Of a DNA stretch of 64,000 bases, positions 24,964 to 37,653 are shown piece by piece (within the stretch, counting starts at the first letter, position 1; the number at the start of each line of letters is the position of its first letter). Source of the stretch: Dimorphilus gyrociliatus. Lineage: Eukaryota; Animalia; Annelida. Position numbers and translations under genes: made by a program. Below the pieces are notes generated by a model. It saw only the letters and a program-made list of their open reading frames with translations, was not told where the DNA came from and made no database searches. Location of the stretch: assembly GCA_904063045.1 (NCBI GenBank), contig CAJFCJ010000019.1, positions 1,292,570 through 1,356,569 on the forward strand, given 5' to 3'.

Positions 24964-26759
24964 ATGTCAACGTTCTTTAAACGAATTTTAGGTGATGGAA
25001 ACAATTCAAAAGTTAACGATGCGTCAAAGACAAACGCCCCAACACCTATGGTTGCCAGCTTACAAAGAAAATTCGCTAAAGGTGTCCAATACAACAGTAA
25101 GTCGATAAAATTGAGCAGCTGTAGGAAAATAACTTTTCAATTTCAATAATAATTCCAGTGAAAATCGTTATCAAAGGTGACCGAAATGTAGGCAAAACTG
25201 CTCTTTTCGAAAGGTTACAGGGGAAAAAATTCCGAGAAGAATACATTCCCACAGACGAAATACAAGTCACGTGTATTCAATGGAACTACAAGGCAACAGA
25301 TGATGTTGTCAAAGTGGAAGTTTGGGATGTCGTTGATAAAGGCAAACCAAAAAAGAAGACAGACTCCTTAAAATTAAGTAATAATTCAATAGACGAACTA
25401 GAAGAACCATGCTTGGATGCAGATTTTATTGATGTATTTAAAGGCAGTCACGGAGTTATACTTATGCTCGACGTAACAAAGTCGTGGACTTTTGGTTATG
25501 TTGAAAGAGAAATTGTAAAAATACCAGATCGTATACCCATATTAGTTTTAGCAAATCACCGAGATATGGGACATCATCGAACTGTTAGTCAGGATTCTAT
25601 TAAGACTTTCTTAGAAGATTTTGAACGATCTAGACCTGAGGGTAGCGCTCAAATTCGGTATGCTGAAGCTTCGATGAAGAACGGCTTCGGATTAAAATAC
25701 TTACATAAATTTTTCAACCTACCATTTCTACAATTGCAGAAAGAGTCGTTGTTGACACAGCTTGAAACCAATAGGCGAGAGTTTGACGCAACAGTTCATG
25801 AGTTAAATGCTTATGGCGAATCAGAGTTACAAAATTATGATCTTTTCATTGAGCAGTGTCAAGGAACTGGTAAAAAACCGAAAGAATGTGTTCCAGACAC
25901 AAGCATAAAAATGGCACCTCCTGCTAAACCCATACCTGGTATGCAATTAAATATTTCGTCTTCCGCTCCATCCCCTCCTACTTTGTCGATAACGCCAGCA
26001 ACAACACCTATTCAATCCCCGCCCTCCACTTCAACAAATTTTGTTTCGAAATTATTTAAGAAGATTCAAAAGGAAGAAATCGAAACCCCCCCCAAAGAGA
26101 GTATAAAAGAAGCTGAAGCCAGTACAAGTAGTCAAAGCCCTGAAGAAAGTGTAAAAAATATAGAAGAGTTTGTGCCTGAGGAAGGCATTGATGCTAATTT
26201 CTTGGCAGATACTAATGAAAAATCAGCCAAAATTGATTCAGGTAAAGATGAAGAGTCAGACGATGCTGATGAAAAAGCAAACCCTTTGGTAGCTGGATTT
26301 CAAGAAGATATAGACTCCGAAGAAGATTCTGTGCCTTCTAGAGTATCAAAAGTACAAGATATTCAATTAAGTTCCGACGAAGATGACCTTAATAAGTTAA
26401 AAGTAGAAGAGGACATTAATGATAGTAGCGTTAACGTTGAGGAAGTCTCGTCCGAATCGAAAGGTATCGAATTGACTGAAGCTGACGTGGATTTTCTAGA
26501 TAAACAATTTTTGTGCGAAACCCCATCGAACGAACCATCAACAACAGTAAGAACAACTCCTTCACCTCAAGAACAAAGTAAGAAGAAAAAAAAAGATAAA
26601 AAAGATAAGAAAAAGAGGAAGAGTAAGAAATCTAATAAAGATAACGGGGCCAAAGAAAGTGACGAGTCAAAAAAACAAAAAAATAAGGAATTAGATGATT
26701 ATGAAAAATTTTTGGCTGATGGAGAAGGTGGAGAAAGCAACGGATACGAGTGTCTGTAA
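24964..26759 (+). CDS. RABL6: Rab-like protein 6 (RBEL1/PARF); exons 24964-25096, 25159-26759
   Basis: LQRKFAKGVQYN|MKIVIKGDRNVGKT and KVEVWDVVDKGK match RABL6; acidic middle region, Lys-rich tail, final DDYEKFL...YECL. Confidence 0.95.
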
Positions 26760-27083
26760 CTTTCTTTCAAATAACTGAGAATTTATGCATTCCTTTTGTT
26801 TTCTTGTTTAAAATAATATATTGGCAAAACATGAACATAATTAATATGAAATCGAATAAATATTATATTTGTCGATTCTGTTCTTTAAAGTTGTGATCTG
26901 GAACATTGTGTAAAGGTTAGTGTATTTCGTAGCAGACGCTCTAATTGCGATTTAACTGGCAAGCTGTTATATTTTTACGCTTGATAGGTTTTACGTGTGA
27001 ACAAGCACGTGTAAGAATGTTAAAAGGTATATAATAATTAAAAGTCATCCTTTGACCGCAAATATTCACTCTAAAGGCTACTA

Positions 27084-28486
27084 ATGCGTTTTATTATTAT
27101 CTTTATTCTCGTTGTGAGCCACCTTCAGGGGGCGAATGCTTGGTCATCCGAAAGTATCGAACGAGCAAAACATGTTTTAGAGCGTTATCCTTTAATAGAC
27201 GGACATAATGACCTTCCAATGGTTTATAGGCGTCGTGTCAATAACCGAGTCGATTTAATAAACTTGGAAGAAGATGTTAATCCCCAATGGGGAGCCAGTC
27301 ATACCGATATACCAAGGATGAGACAGGGAAAAATGGGTGCTCAATTTTGGTCAGCTTTTGTTAGCTGTACTTCTCAGTACAAAGACGCTCTTCGCTTAAC
27401 TATTGAACAAATCGACGTTGTTCATCGAATGACTGAAAAGTATCCAAATCACTTTAAGATGGTCACTTCAGCGGATGAAATAGAGGAGGCCTTTTCAAAC
27501 GGTCTTATGGGCTCATTGATTGGTGTTGAAGGTGGTCACTCTATGGACAATAGCTTAGCCGTTCTACGTCAGTTTTACTCCTTGGGAGTTCGTTACATGA
27601 CTATTACGCATAGTTGTAACACACCATGGGCTGACGCATCGCCAGCCGATGATAATGGCCCTGAGCATGATGGTTTGACTGATTGGGGTCAATTAGTCGT
27701 AAAAGAAATGAATAGACTAGGCATGCTAGTCGACTTAAGTCACGTATCTACAAGGCTTATGGAAACTGCTTTCAATATTACTAAAGCACCCGTAATATTT
27801 AGCCATTCCTGCGTGTATGCTATTTGTAACACTCATAGAAACGTTCGAGATCATATTCTTGATAAGCTGGTACTTATGATAAATATCTTTAAAATATACA
27901 TAAAAAACTTAATTACAAATGTTCTCGGGCATAATCTTTGTCTTCTATTATCAAATTTATTATGTAAGCTTATTAAGACTTGTTGAGATTTTTATTTTTA
28001 GAAAGAAAATGGTGGTATACTAATGATAACTTTTGTGAGATACTTTCTCGGTTGTGCTCCAGCGAATAGAAACCCCGATGTGAAGTTGGTTGCGGATCAT
28101 ATCGATTACGTAAAAAATCGTATTGGTGCCGATTACGTTGGTTTGGGAGGTGACTACGATGGAATGGCGGGGTTTGTGTTTCTCGCTTGAGCTTTTGAGG
28201 GAAAACGTTTATATCTGCGCTAGTATACTATATTATTAAATATGTCCGCAGGGCACCCGATGGTTTAGAGGACGTTTCTAAATACCCTAATTTATTTGCT
28301 GAATTAGCCGAGAGGGGGTGGACTGACACTGAACTAGAAAAGTTAGCTGGTAGGAATTTGATAAGAGTATTGAGAAAGGTTGAAGAGGTCAGAAACCAGT
28401 TAGCAGGTGAAGGAGTAAGGCCTATCGACCAAATAATTCCAGAATCAGCTTTGGCTAATCGTACCGAGTGCAGAACTTCATTCTGA
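27084..28486 (+). CDS. Membrane/renal dipeptidase family M19, apparently secreted; exons 27084-27869, 28002-28171, 28252-28486
   Basis: Signal peptide; PLIDGHNDLP, AQFWS, LIGVEGGH, YMTITHSCNTPWAD, LVDLSHVS, VIFSHS, HRNVRD, GLGGDYDG, GLEDVSKYP. Confidence 0.92.
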
Positions 28487-29224
28487 TAAAAATATAGTTC
28501 ATATATAAATTTTTCTTTGAAAGAAAAGCGTAATAAAACAAAATTAAGCAGAACATTAAAAAAAGATCAATATAAATTTATGTGTATGTGTTAGTTCATC
28601 GACCGCTTTCTAGAAATTAGATACTTCTGCCCCAAAAACGTCCTTCTCTCTCTTTAACACATGTGATACAGCTGTCGTTGAATTAAAAACAGAAACAATA
28701 TTTTTCAAAATATTCATTGTATTTTTGCAGTACAGTATATTATTTTGTTCGGTATACAATACGTACAACAAAAGAAATAAGGGGAAAAATGATTATTAAT
28801 TGAAAGATGAAATGCAAATTGAAATTAATAACTATTATTTATAAAATATGCGCTTAAAACAAAAAAAAACAAAAAAAAATTGGCACCATTTCCAAACAGT
28901 TATTTATAGTGACATTCCAAAGTCATTCGGTATATATCAAACGGCATATTTTTATTCGGTGTCCCAGGTTTCGAACGAGGAAAATTTGGGTTGACCCACT
29001 ACTTCGACGTGTTTATACTCATAGATTCTTAAATTAGGCCTGAAGCCGATTGCACATATTAAAAAGAATTCTAGTTTCATGTTAATAGAATGTAAAGTGC
29101 GTAGAAATAGCGATAGGACGACAAAACAAATTTATTATTATTCATAAATATTTAGACTATAAAAATTGTTTATATATAATATACATATGAGTAATGTCAT
29201 GTATCTATGTATAGTTCGACGAAG

Positions 29225-29230
<6 letters not shown>

Positions 29231-29265
<35 letters not shown>
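29231..29265. repeat. (TA)n microsatellite
   Basis: Perfect run in gene-free spacer. Confidence 0.9.
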
Positions 29266-29269
<4 letters not shown>

Positions 29270-29836
29270 TTATATATACTATATATGTATTAGCATAAAT
29301 ATCGAACAAAAATTGGCAGTCGTTCGAGTAAATGACAATTAACGAAGCTTTTTCTATACAAAAGCATAATCTGCTGTATAAAAATTTTTGTAAAATAGTT
29401 AAATATAAAGCAACATAAGTTTCATAACAGTAATTGATTTTTACTTGAATCTTATTATTCGTAATAAATATACATTGCACATGAAAATATATACTCCACA
29501 TACTACAGATCGTTCCTTTCATTAGTTATACTTTCTGTTCAACTAAGACATTTTATTTAATATATCATTATTATTTACTATTTTATAACTTGGTTGTTAT
29601 TTATTTCTGATATATGAAAATTTTAACTGTATATCTTATTTATACAATGGATTAAAAGATAAATAAATTACGCTTAGCAAGGCCTATTTACCCTGTAATA
29701 ACAACATCAGATATAAAATATAATATAATATATCATCTTCTATATTTTGTTTGTCAAAGGACAAATTTAAAAAACAGACTATTATAATTGTAAAAAAGAG
29801 GAAGGAAGAGAGGAAAAACGGAAAAAATTCTCTTTA

Positions 29837-29841
<5 letters not shown>

Positions 29842-29868
<27 letters not shown>
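29842..29868. repeat. (CT)n microsatellite
   Basis: Perfect run. Confidence 0.9.
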
Positions 29869-30555
29869 GTCACAACTATAACTTAATTCGATGTTGATAT
29901 TTGTTTCTGTTTTCTTCTTTAATAGTTAAATTTCATTTGGCTAGAAAAAGATTAATTATACTTCTTTCTTTATCATTATTTCATTTTGCTTCTTCTTTTA
30001 TGCAAAAGTATATTTGATTCTATTTATATAATATTTATTTATTAATATAAATATAATTTATAAATATCTAAATAGGTTATTTTTGAATATTTAGTCAAAA
30101 TTGTTTCAATGGTCATACGTCTCTGTCTATTCATTAGATAATAAAGTAATATTTTCTCTTCTTTAAAATTAATATCTCTTTTTATAATATACAATATAAT
30201 ACTGCAAATCTTTTACTTTTTAATGTAAATACTGGCCTATACTTGTTATAAATATAAAAATGTTAGAAAACTATTATCCATTTGAATAGATGCATGTGTA
30301 TATATATATTTAAGTTAGCCATTGTGCCATCAAATTCGATGAAATAGCTGAAAGACTTCCATTCTTTCATTCTCTAGTGTAGATAGGACAAATTTATTAA
30401 ATAATATTTAATAATTTATCTACTCTTTTAAACATAAAAACAAAACAAAACAAATGTAATATTTAAATATTCAATAAATCTATCTTGAATAATTTTCATC
30501 AATATTCAAATACAAATTTTAAAGTTATTATCTTGATTTATGTATTCTTTCTTTC

Positions 30556-30566
<11 letters not shown>

Positions 30567-30621
<55 letters not shown>
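30567..30621. repeat. Compound (CT)n(AT)n microsatellite
   Basis: CT run fused directly to an AT run. Confidence 0.9.
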
Positions 30622-30624
<3 letters not shown>

Positions 30625-31113
30625 TGTGTGTTGTATACTTATCAATCATCCTGTGTTACTTGAATAATACATTATTTGAATAGGGGGAAAGGTAGGGAAA
30701 TGAGAGAATTAAAGTATACCAGTGTTAAATGATCAGATATAAAATGGTAGTAAAAGCAAGGATGCTAATTAATAATTACTTGATAAAATTACATTGGTCT
30801 TTTTACTAACGCTGATTAAAACGAGCAAAATGCATCAATGAATATATTGTATTACATATGCTGTATACTGTATATCATGTATATGGGTATGACTATATAC
30901 CAATTATACTGGAGGGATGATACGTAAAGTACTACCCTCTATCAATATTAATACATCATTACATAATCGCTTCTCGGCTTCTTATTTTTTCGATCTAGGC
31001 TGTTGTAGCATAGTGGATCCATTTAGGTTGCACAGACTGACTTTTTATTAATGTCTAGCATACTGCTTGTGACCTCGATCCAGAAAGGCCATTGATGGCT
31101 AGAAATTATCACC

Positions 31114-31121
31114 TATAAAAG
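31114..31121 (+). promoter_or_regulatory. TATA box of first P450 gene, followed by a probable 5' UTR intron 31234-31385
   Basis: TATAAAAG; donor tag|gtaaat at 31234 and acceptor tctatag 15 nt before the ATG. Confidence 0.5.
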
Positions 31122-31400
31122 CTCTTTTAATCAGTAAAGAGTAATATTCTTTCCGTATAAGTTATTTAAAAATCTCCTTCGATCTTATTCCTTTGAAAGA
31201 GAAAGTTTTTAAGAGCTGATCGTTAGCTGGTAGGTAAATAAATTAATAAATTTAACGATTAATAGGAACAAAAGCTTCCTTAGCGCAAGTTCGTTTCAAT
31301 ATATGCGTATTCGATTGATAAAATACCTGTGAAAGGATTAAATCATTAATTTTTTTACTATGAGCACCTTTTATTTATTCTATAGATAATTGAACAAAGG

Positions 31401-33016
31401 ATGTCGATCATATCGAAAGTGATTAACTATGATGTTTTGCCCACGAAAGTGGCTGATTTTCTAAGAGATACGCCTAATTGGAAATTGGTTGCTGGTGGAG
31501 GATTGGTACTTTTAGGGGGTTATTACGCGTTTTTTAAAGATAATAGTGGACTTCCGGGACCGAGAGGCTATCCAATTGTTGGAATACTACCATTGCTTGA
31601 CAAGAAAGCGCCGCATTTAAGTATCTATGCGATGTCCGAAAAGTATGGAGATGTATGCTCTCTATCATTTCTGAGTGATGATTTTGTTTTGGTGTCTGGT
31701 GAGAAAAATATCTACGACATTTACATTAACAAGCAAGATGATTTCTCTAATAGACTTCGTAATGTGAGAATCGCAACAGTGTTGGACGGTTTGATGGATA
31801 TCACTTCTATGAATGATTGTGAAAAGTTTAGAGATGTTAAGAAACTGACAATGAGATCTTTAAAGACATATGGCGAAGGCATGGAGAGGGTAGAAGATAT
31901 CTCCACCGAAGTTATCGGTGATTTTATTAATTTTATTGCAGAAACAAAAGGCAAACCCCTCGATATAAGTAAAAAACTTAAAGATGTCTTTGGTGACATT
32001 ATCACATCAATGGTTCTTAATAAAAGAGTTAGCAACACAATAACACAAAAGTTTGTTCACAACTACGATAGAATTTTGACTTATACAATAAACCCATTCA
32101 CGGCTATTATAGAGTTTTTTCCTTGGCTAAAATATTTTGGTAATCATACTTATAAAACTTTAAGAAATTTCGTAAAGCTTCGAAATAAATTAATAAATCC
32201 TCTTGTTGAAAGTGCTTTTAAAGAGTACGATCCTGATGATATTAAAACGGCTTTCCAACAGATAGTGTTTCTAATGAACCAATCAAAATTTGATTACAAT
32301 TTGAGGGATATGACAGCGGTTGTTATTGTTCTAATAGTGGCAGGCTTTGTAACGACTTCATCAACTTTGTACGGACTCTTCCCTATTCTTATGGCCCATA
32401 GACATGTTGAGGAGAAAATTCTTCAAGAAATTTCTGAAGTTATTGGTTTTGATAGGTCTCCTAAATTATCAGATAAAGCGAATATGCCCTACACCGAAGC
32501 TACGATCTTGGAAGCTCATCGTATCCTCTCCATATTACCTTTTAGCCTTCCACATCAGGCTACACGAAACACAACTCTTGGAGGATATAACATAAAGAAA
32601 GGAACCACAATATGGCCAAATATCTGGGGTCTTCATCACGACAAAGAGATTTGGGGTGACCCATACAACTTCCGACCTGAGAGATTTCTGGACAAGGATG
32701 GAAAAGTCCTTTCTGTAGAACATAGACTAAGAAAGTGGTTAGTATTAAAAACATTTATCTATTGAAATGTCTATATACTCACCATTGACATTTCTTCTCT
32801 TCTAGTCTTCTCCCATTTGGAGCTGGACGACGAGTATGCCTTGGTAAAAATATGGCTAACAACCGATTATTCCTTTTCCTTACAACAGTCTTACAAAGAT
32901 TTAAATTTCAACCGGAAGAGGGAAAAACTGTTTTATGGGATCCAAAGGAAATGGAGTATAGTGTGGTACTTTGTCAAAAACCCTATAAAATGAGCTTTTT
33001 ACCAAGGCAATCCTAA
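31401..33016 (+). CDS. Cytochrome P450, clan-2-like, copy 1 (most divergent); exons 31401-32737, 32806-33016
   Basis: LPGPRGYPIVG hinge, AGFVTT I-helix, EAHR (ExxR), FRPERF, PFGAGRRVCLG heme motif. Confidence 0.93.
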
Positions 33017-34007
33017 AAAATATCATCAATCTTTACTTTTGCAAATTGAAAAGCAAATTTATTAACTCACTAACTGTTACCAAAATTTCATCACTTTCAT
33101 AACATAAAATATACAACATTATAAGATATTTAAGAATTTGTATTGATGAATATAAACTTCTTACTTACTTGGATTTATTTTTTATGTTTTCAATTGATTG
33201 AATAATTAATAGAGTTAAAAATTCTAATAATTTTTATAGGCCTATAATTGAGATAGTAATAGCAAAGTATATATTTGCCTTAAAACAACAGAAACGACAT
33301 AGATTTATAAAAGTTTAACTATGGCTACTCTTTTATGCGCATAATTCCATTTTAAACTAATAAAAATTTTTTATCCTATGTTATATATATATACATTGTA
33401 TATCTCATAGATACTTTCGTAAAAAAGAAAAAACCTTATTAATGACAGTAATACAGATAGAAATAGGTAGAAGTTGTTTTTTCAATTTTTATATAAGTCT
33501 TTATTTATTATATTGGGTACTCTTTGTTATCATATTAAGTTAATATATAAAATAACTTTTGGAATATTCTAAAAAATTTCGATAAAAGGTTCTGGATATT
33601 TTTATTCTATTTTAAACATAAAATCCAATTTTGTGGTCGTTTGAAAGTCGCAGGTTTGACAAATGATAATCCAGGGACTAGACATATAGCCTTGACCTAA
33701 AAATAAACAAATTAAAGTGTTTTATACTCATGCAAAACCAATACATTATTATCTTAACAAAATAGTCAAGTGTCTCTACCTGATTAAAGTGCCAATTACA
33801 AACCTTTGAAGGACAAAGTCATTTTATACATAAAAAAACGATCAGTTATTCATAAATAAAGGACGAAAACTGATTCTTCCACAAAAATAGCTTAAAAATA
33901 GCATAGAACTGCAACTTAGCCTATATATCGACAGTTTAGGGCATTCTACAACTAGTCTATTTGCTCTTGTAAATTCATTCCATTTTTGAGGATAGATTAG
34001 TAAAATT

Positions 34008-35617
34008 ATGGCTTCGTGGATGAAAGCTTTTTATTACGATAATGTTTCAAATAAGCTGACAGATTTAGTAGAAACCACGCCAGCATGGAAACTCGTCGCT
34101 GGTGGAAGTCTACTATTAGTTGGAGGATACTATATTTTCTTCAAAGACAGAAATTCACTTCCAGGACCAAGAGGACTTCCTATTTTAGGAATTCTTCCTT
34201 GGCTCGATAAAGACTTACCTCATCTTGATCTATCTTCTTATAGAAAACAGTATGGTGATGTGTTGAAAGCGCCTATAATGACAGAGGATATCATACTTGT
34301 TTCCGGAGAAAATAATATCTATGATTTATATATTAATAAACAAAACGACTTTTCAAATAGAGACCGTGGCGTAAGAGTTACGGCCATATTAAATGGCATT
34401 GAAGATATTTCTATTATGAATGACCATCAATTATTTAGAGATTCAAAGAAGATGACTCTTAGATCTCTTAAAACCTATTCGGAGGGAATGAAAAAAGTAG
34501 AGGATATCTCTTCCGAAATAATTGGTGAATTTTTAGAATACATACAATCTACACAATCCAAACCAGTAGATATTGACGATAAAATGAAAGCTTTGTTCGG
34601 TAATATTATCATATCTATGACCCTAAATAGGAGAATCGAATCTTCTGTTATGGAGAAATTTGTTGCTACATATGAAAAGATTTTCAAAATTGTTCTTGCA
34701 CCTTCAACTGCAATTTTAGAGGTATTTCCTTGGCTTAGAAGCTGTGGTAATAAAGCCTATAAAATGCTGGTGAATTGCGCAAAAAGACGAGATAATCTAA
34801 TAGAACCTATTGTTAGAGAGGCAATAGACAATTTTGATCCTCATGATATAAAAACTACTACTGATCAACTTTGGCATTATATGAATCAATCAAATATAGA
34901 TTATGATTTCAAACATCTTTATGGTATTTCTTCTGGTTTAATCATTGCTGGTTTCATTACAACTTCTTCGACATTGTATGGACTTTTTCCAATTCTAATG
35001 TCACATAGACATATTGAACAGAAGATTCTTCAAGAAATTGAACATAATATTGGTTTTAATCGTCTTCCATCACTCGATGATAAAGCTAATATGCCATACA
35101 CGGAAGCTACAATATTGGAGGCTCATCGCTATCTATCTGTTGTACCTTTTAGTTTACCACATATAGCTGTAAGAGATTCGACAATTGGAGGTTATAATAT
35201 AAAGAAGGGAAGTCAAATATGGCCAAATATTTGGGGTCTTCATCATGATGAAACGATTTGGGGAGATCCTGAAAATTTCCGACCCGAAAGATTTTTGGAT
35301 GATAATGGTCGTGTTCTAACAGCGGAACATCGATTCAGAAAATGGTAAGCGAAATAAGTAAAATCTATAATATTGAACTATTGTTGACGAGTACTTTTAA
35401 CCACAGTCTTCTTCCATTCGGAGCGGGTAGGAGAGTATGTGTAGGTAAAAATCTTGCAAATAATCGATTATTCTTGTTTCTTTGTTCGATGTTACAAAGA
35501 TTTGAATTTAACCCGGAAGATGGTAAAACAGTTGAATGGGACTTTAAGCAGATGCAATTCGGTGTACTTCTCAGTCACAAACCCTATAAGATGTGTTTTA
35601 CACCAAGAGAAAATTGA
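34008..35617 (+). CDS. Cytochrome P450, clan-2-like, copy 2; exons 34008-35344, 35407-35617
   Basis: Same motifs (AGFITT, EAHR, PERF, PFGAGRRVCVG); 62-nt phase-2 intron at the same position as in copy 1. Confidence 0.93.
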
Positions 35618-37172
35618 TTAATTTTAAATTTTCAGTGAAAAGTTTAAAATGTTATTATAGCAAATTCTTTTAAATGGAATGCTTGAATACTATTTTAAAA
35701 AAATGAATATTTCCTTGACTTTTTGTATGATTTCAAGCTTTTAGCTATATTTGTTTCGAAATGAATAAAATATCAGGATACATTTCTAAATGTATTATCT
35801 ATTAATAGACTTTTGTAAAAGGAAAGTAATGTGAGTGTTAATCGGCATAATTTTCAATTTTATGGCAAGCAGTTAATTTGAAGTGATAAAGTGAATTGTT
35901 TTTTTTAATAACGGATTGAGAAGAAGATATTGTATTGATCTGCTATTGTTTTTCTCATACATTGAAAAGTTAAATATATATTGGAAGATAAAGGACATGC
36001 CAATTATCTAATTCGTGAATCCTTTATAATCTATTTTTAATAAGTCCTCTTTTAATTGTTATACTAACATAATCTATACATGTTTTTATAAAGTATGCTA
36101 AGATTATTATATATATAACGATTTGCTTAGAAAACAAAACCTACACGTTTTGGATTACTTAATTAAAAGCCAAGAGAAATTTAATAAGAATGGCATGTTT
36201 ATTAGAAAAGTAATCAATTACAGTCTTTTTTCTAAGAAATTTATGATATATTTCTTATCGTAAGCCTAATTTTTTTCAAAATTATTAAATTTACTGAAAG
36301 GTTGATTGTTCATCTGTTAAATACATTTGAAATAACATATTATTTCTATTTTACTTTATACTGTTACCTTAATAAAAGTCATATATAAATTAATGATTTT
36401 TTTGCTTTGGTTATTAGAAAGGTAACAACTCTGAAATATTCACCTTAGTAGGGTGAAAAATGTTATTTTTTTATAATTTTAAAATTGATCTCTTATTGTC
36501 ATAGTTTGAATAATGTTTAATAATATTAAAGACTGTTAGATTACTGATTAAAGTTTTCTTTCTCTTCAAACCAGTGAAAATAATGCAAAATAGAAATACG
36601 TTTCTTTCTTTAAAACAACATTGTAATACTTAATATACACGTTACATCAGCATTTCCTTATGAAATCTTTTCATATTTTCAGTAATATAAACTATGAGCA
36701 TTAAAGAGTAGTATTCTACGGAAGATAAATAACCTTTGAATAGACAATTAACCTGAAAGTTAACTGGGTATAATTTGAAGAAACTCAATAAATTGTAATT
36801 CCATGTAATATCATATCAGGCGATCTGTCTGAGGTTAAATTATGTTCTGGGCTAAAGCAGAATATAAATGATTTAACCTTTAATATAGCAGAAACGAATA
36901 AAGACTGCTGTTTAGAGATTGAAAGGTATATTCTATCATCGACTTTTACCCTAAAGAAAGCTTGAAAATTATCTAGATTAATATCTAAACCTTTTATTTG
37001 GAATAACCTTGTTGGAATGAAAAAAACATTTTTTGCATATCTTATCATTCTATCTTAAAAAAGAGTGAATTAGTTATAACATATATTGTATTATATATTT
37101 AGATATACTTATTAAGTATTCTATTATAAAACAACTTAGAATGTCTTTTTTTAAATATACTTGAAATTTGAA

Positions 37173-37198
37173 CTCTCTCTCTCTCTCTCTCTCTCTCT
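37173..37198. repeat. (CT)n microsatellite
   Basis: Perfect run. Confidence 0.9.
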
Positions 37199-37653
37199 AT
37201 GTTCCAGTTGACTTTATGATATAGATAATTGATAGTGTTATTCTGAATAAAGAAGAATATACCTTCTACATTATTAATAGGGTTTCGACGAAATTTCTTT
37301 CCAAAAAACGATTTATATTTCAAAATGACAGAATTGTCATTCATGTCAATGCTGACAATTGTTTGCAATAACACAAATGATTTCATAGTTATTTTAGCTT
37401 TTCGAATAATGTACATAAACATCGTTACATATACTGTATAAATATTAGTATATCTTCAATATAATTATTTCTTTCATATAGACCAAATATCAGTGTATAT
37501 CTAAAAAGTGTGCTTTGAAACATGCATGCTTGATAACAATACTTCAAACTTTAGATAAATTAATAATAAACAAATACTCCTATTCAACAATATAACGCAC
37601 TTAATTTATACTGTGTTGATAACAGTTTTTCTTTAAAGTCCACATCAAAATAC

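Noticed and set aside
28960-28985. GGTTTCGAAC resembling a tRNA T-loop (also GGTTCGAA at 39905 and 46456)
   Set aside because: No cloverleaf or A-box. One lies in a P450 reading frame and one in a short intron.
29205-30667. ORFs rich in YI/SL dipeptides (also 13117-13440, 47433-47660 and 52311-52514)
   Set aside because: Translations of (TA)n/(CT)n microsatellites or AT-rich low-complexity DNA.
31070-33830. Nuclear-receptor half-sites (TGACCT near 31072 and 33694; AGGACAAAGTCA near 33810) upstream of P450s
   Set aside because: Only single or imperfect hexamers, expected by chance; no clean DR/IR/ER pair.
35342-35617. ORFs MVSEISKIY... at 35342, 38988 and 40807 suggesting separate small heme-motif proteins
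   Set aside because: They begin at the exon/intron junction and read through the 62-nt intron into P450 exon 2, so they are splicing artefacts repeated by sequence identity.
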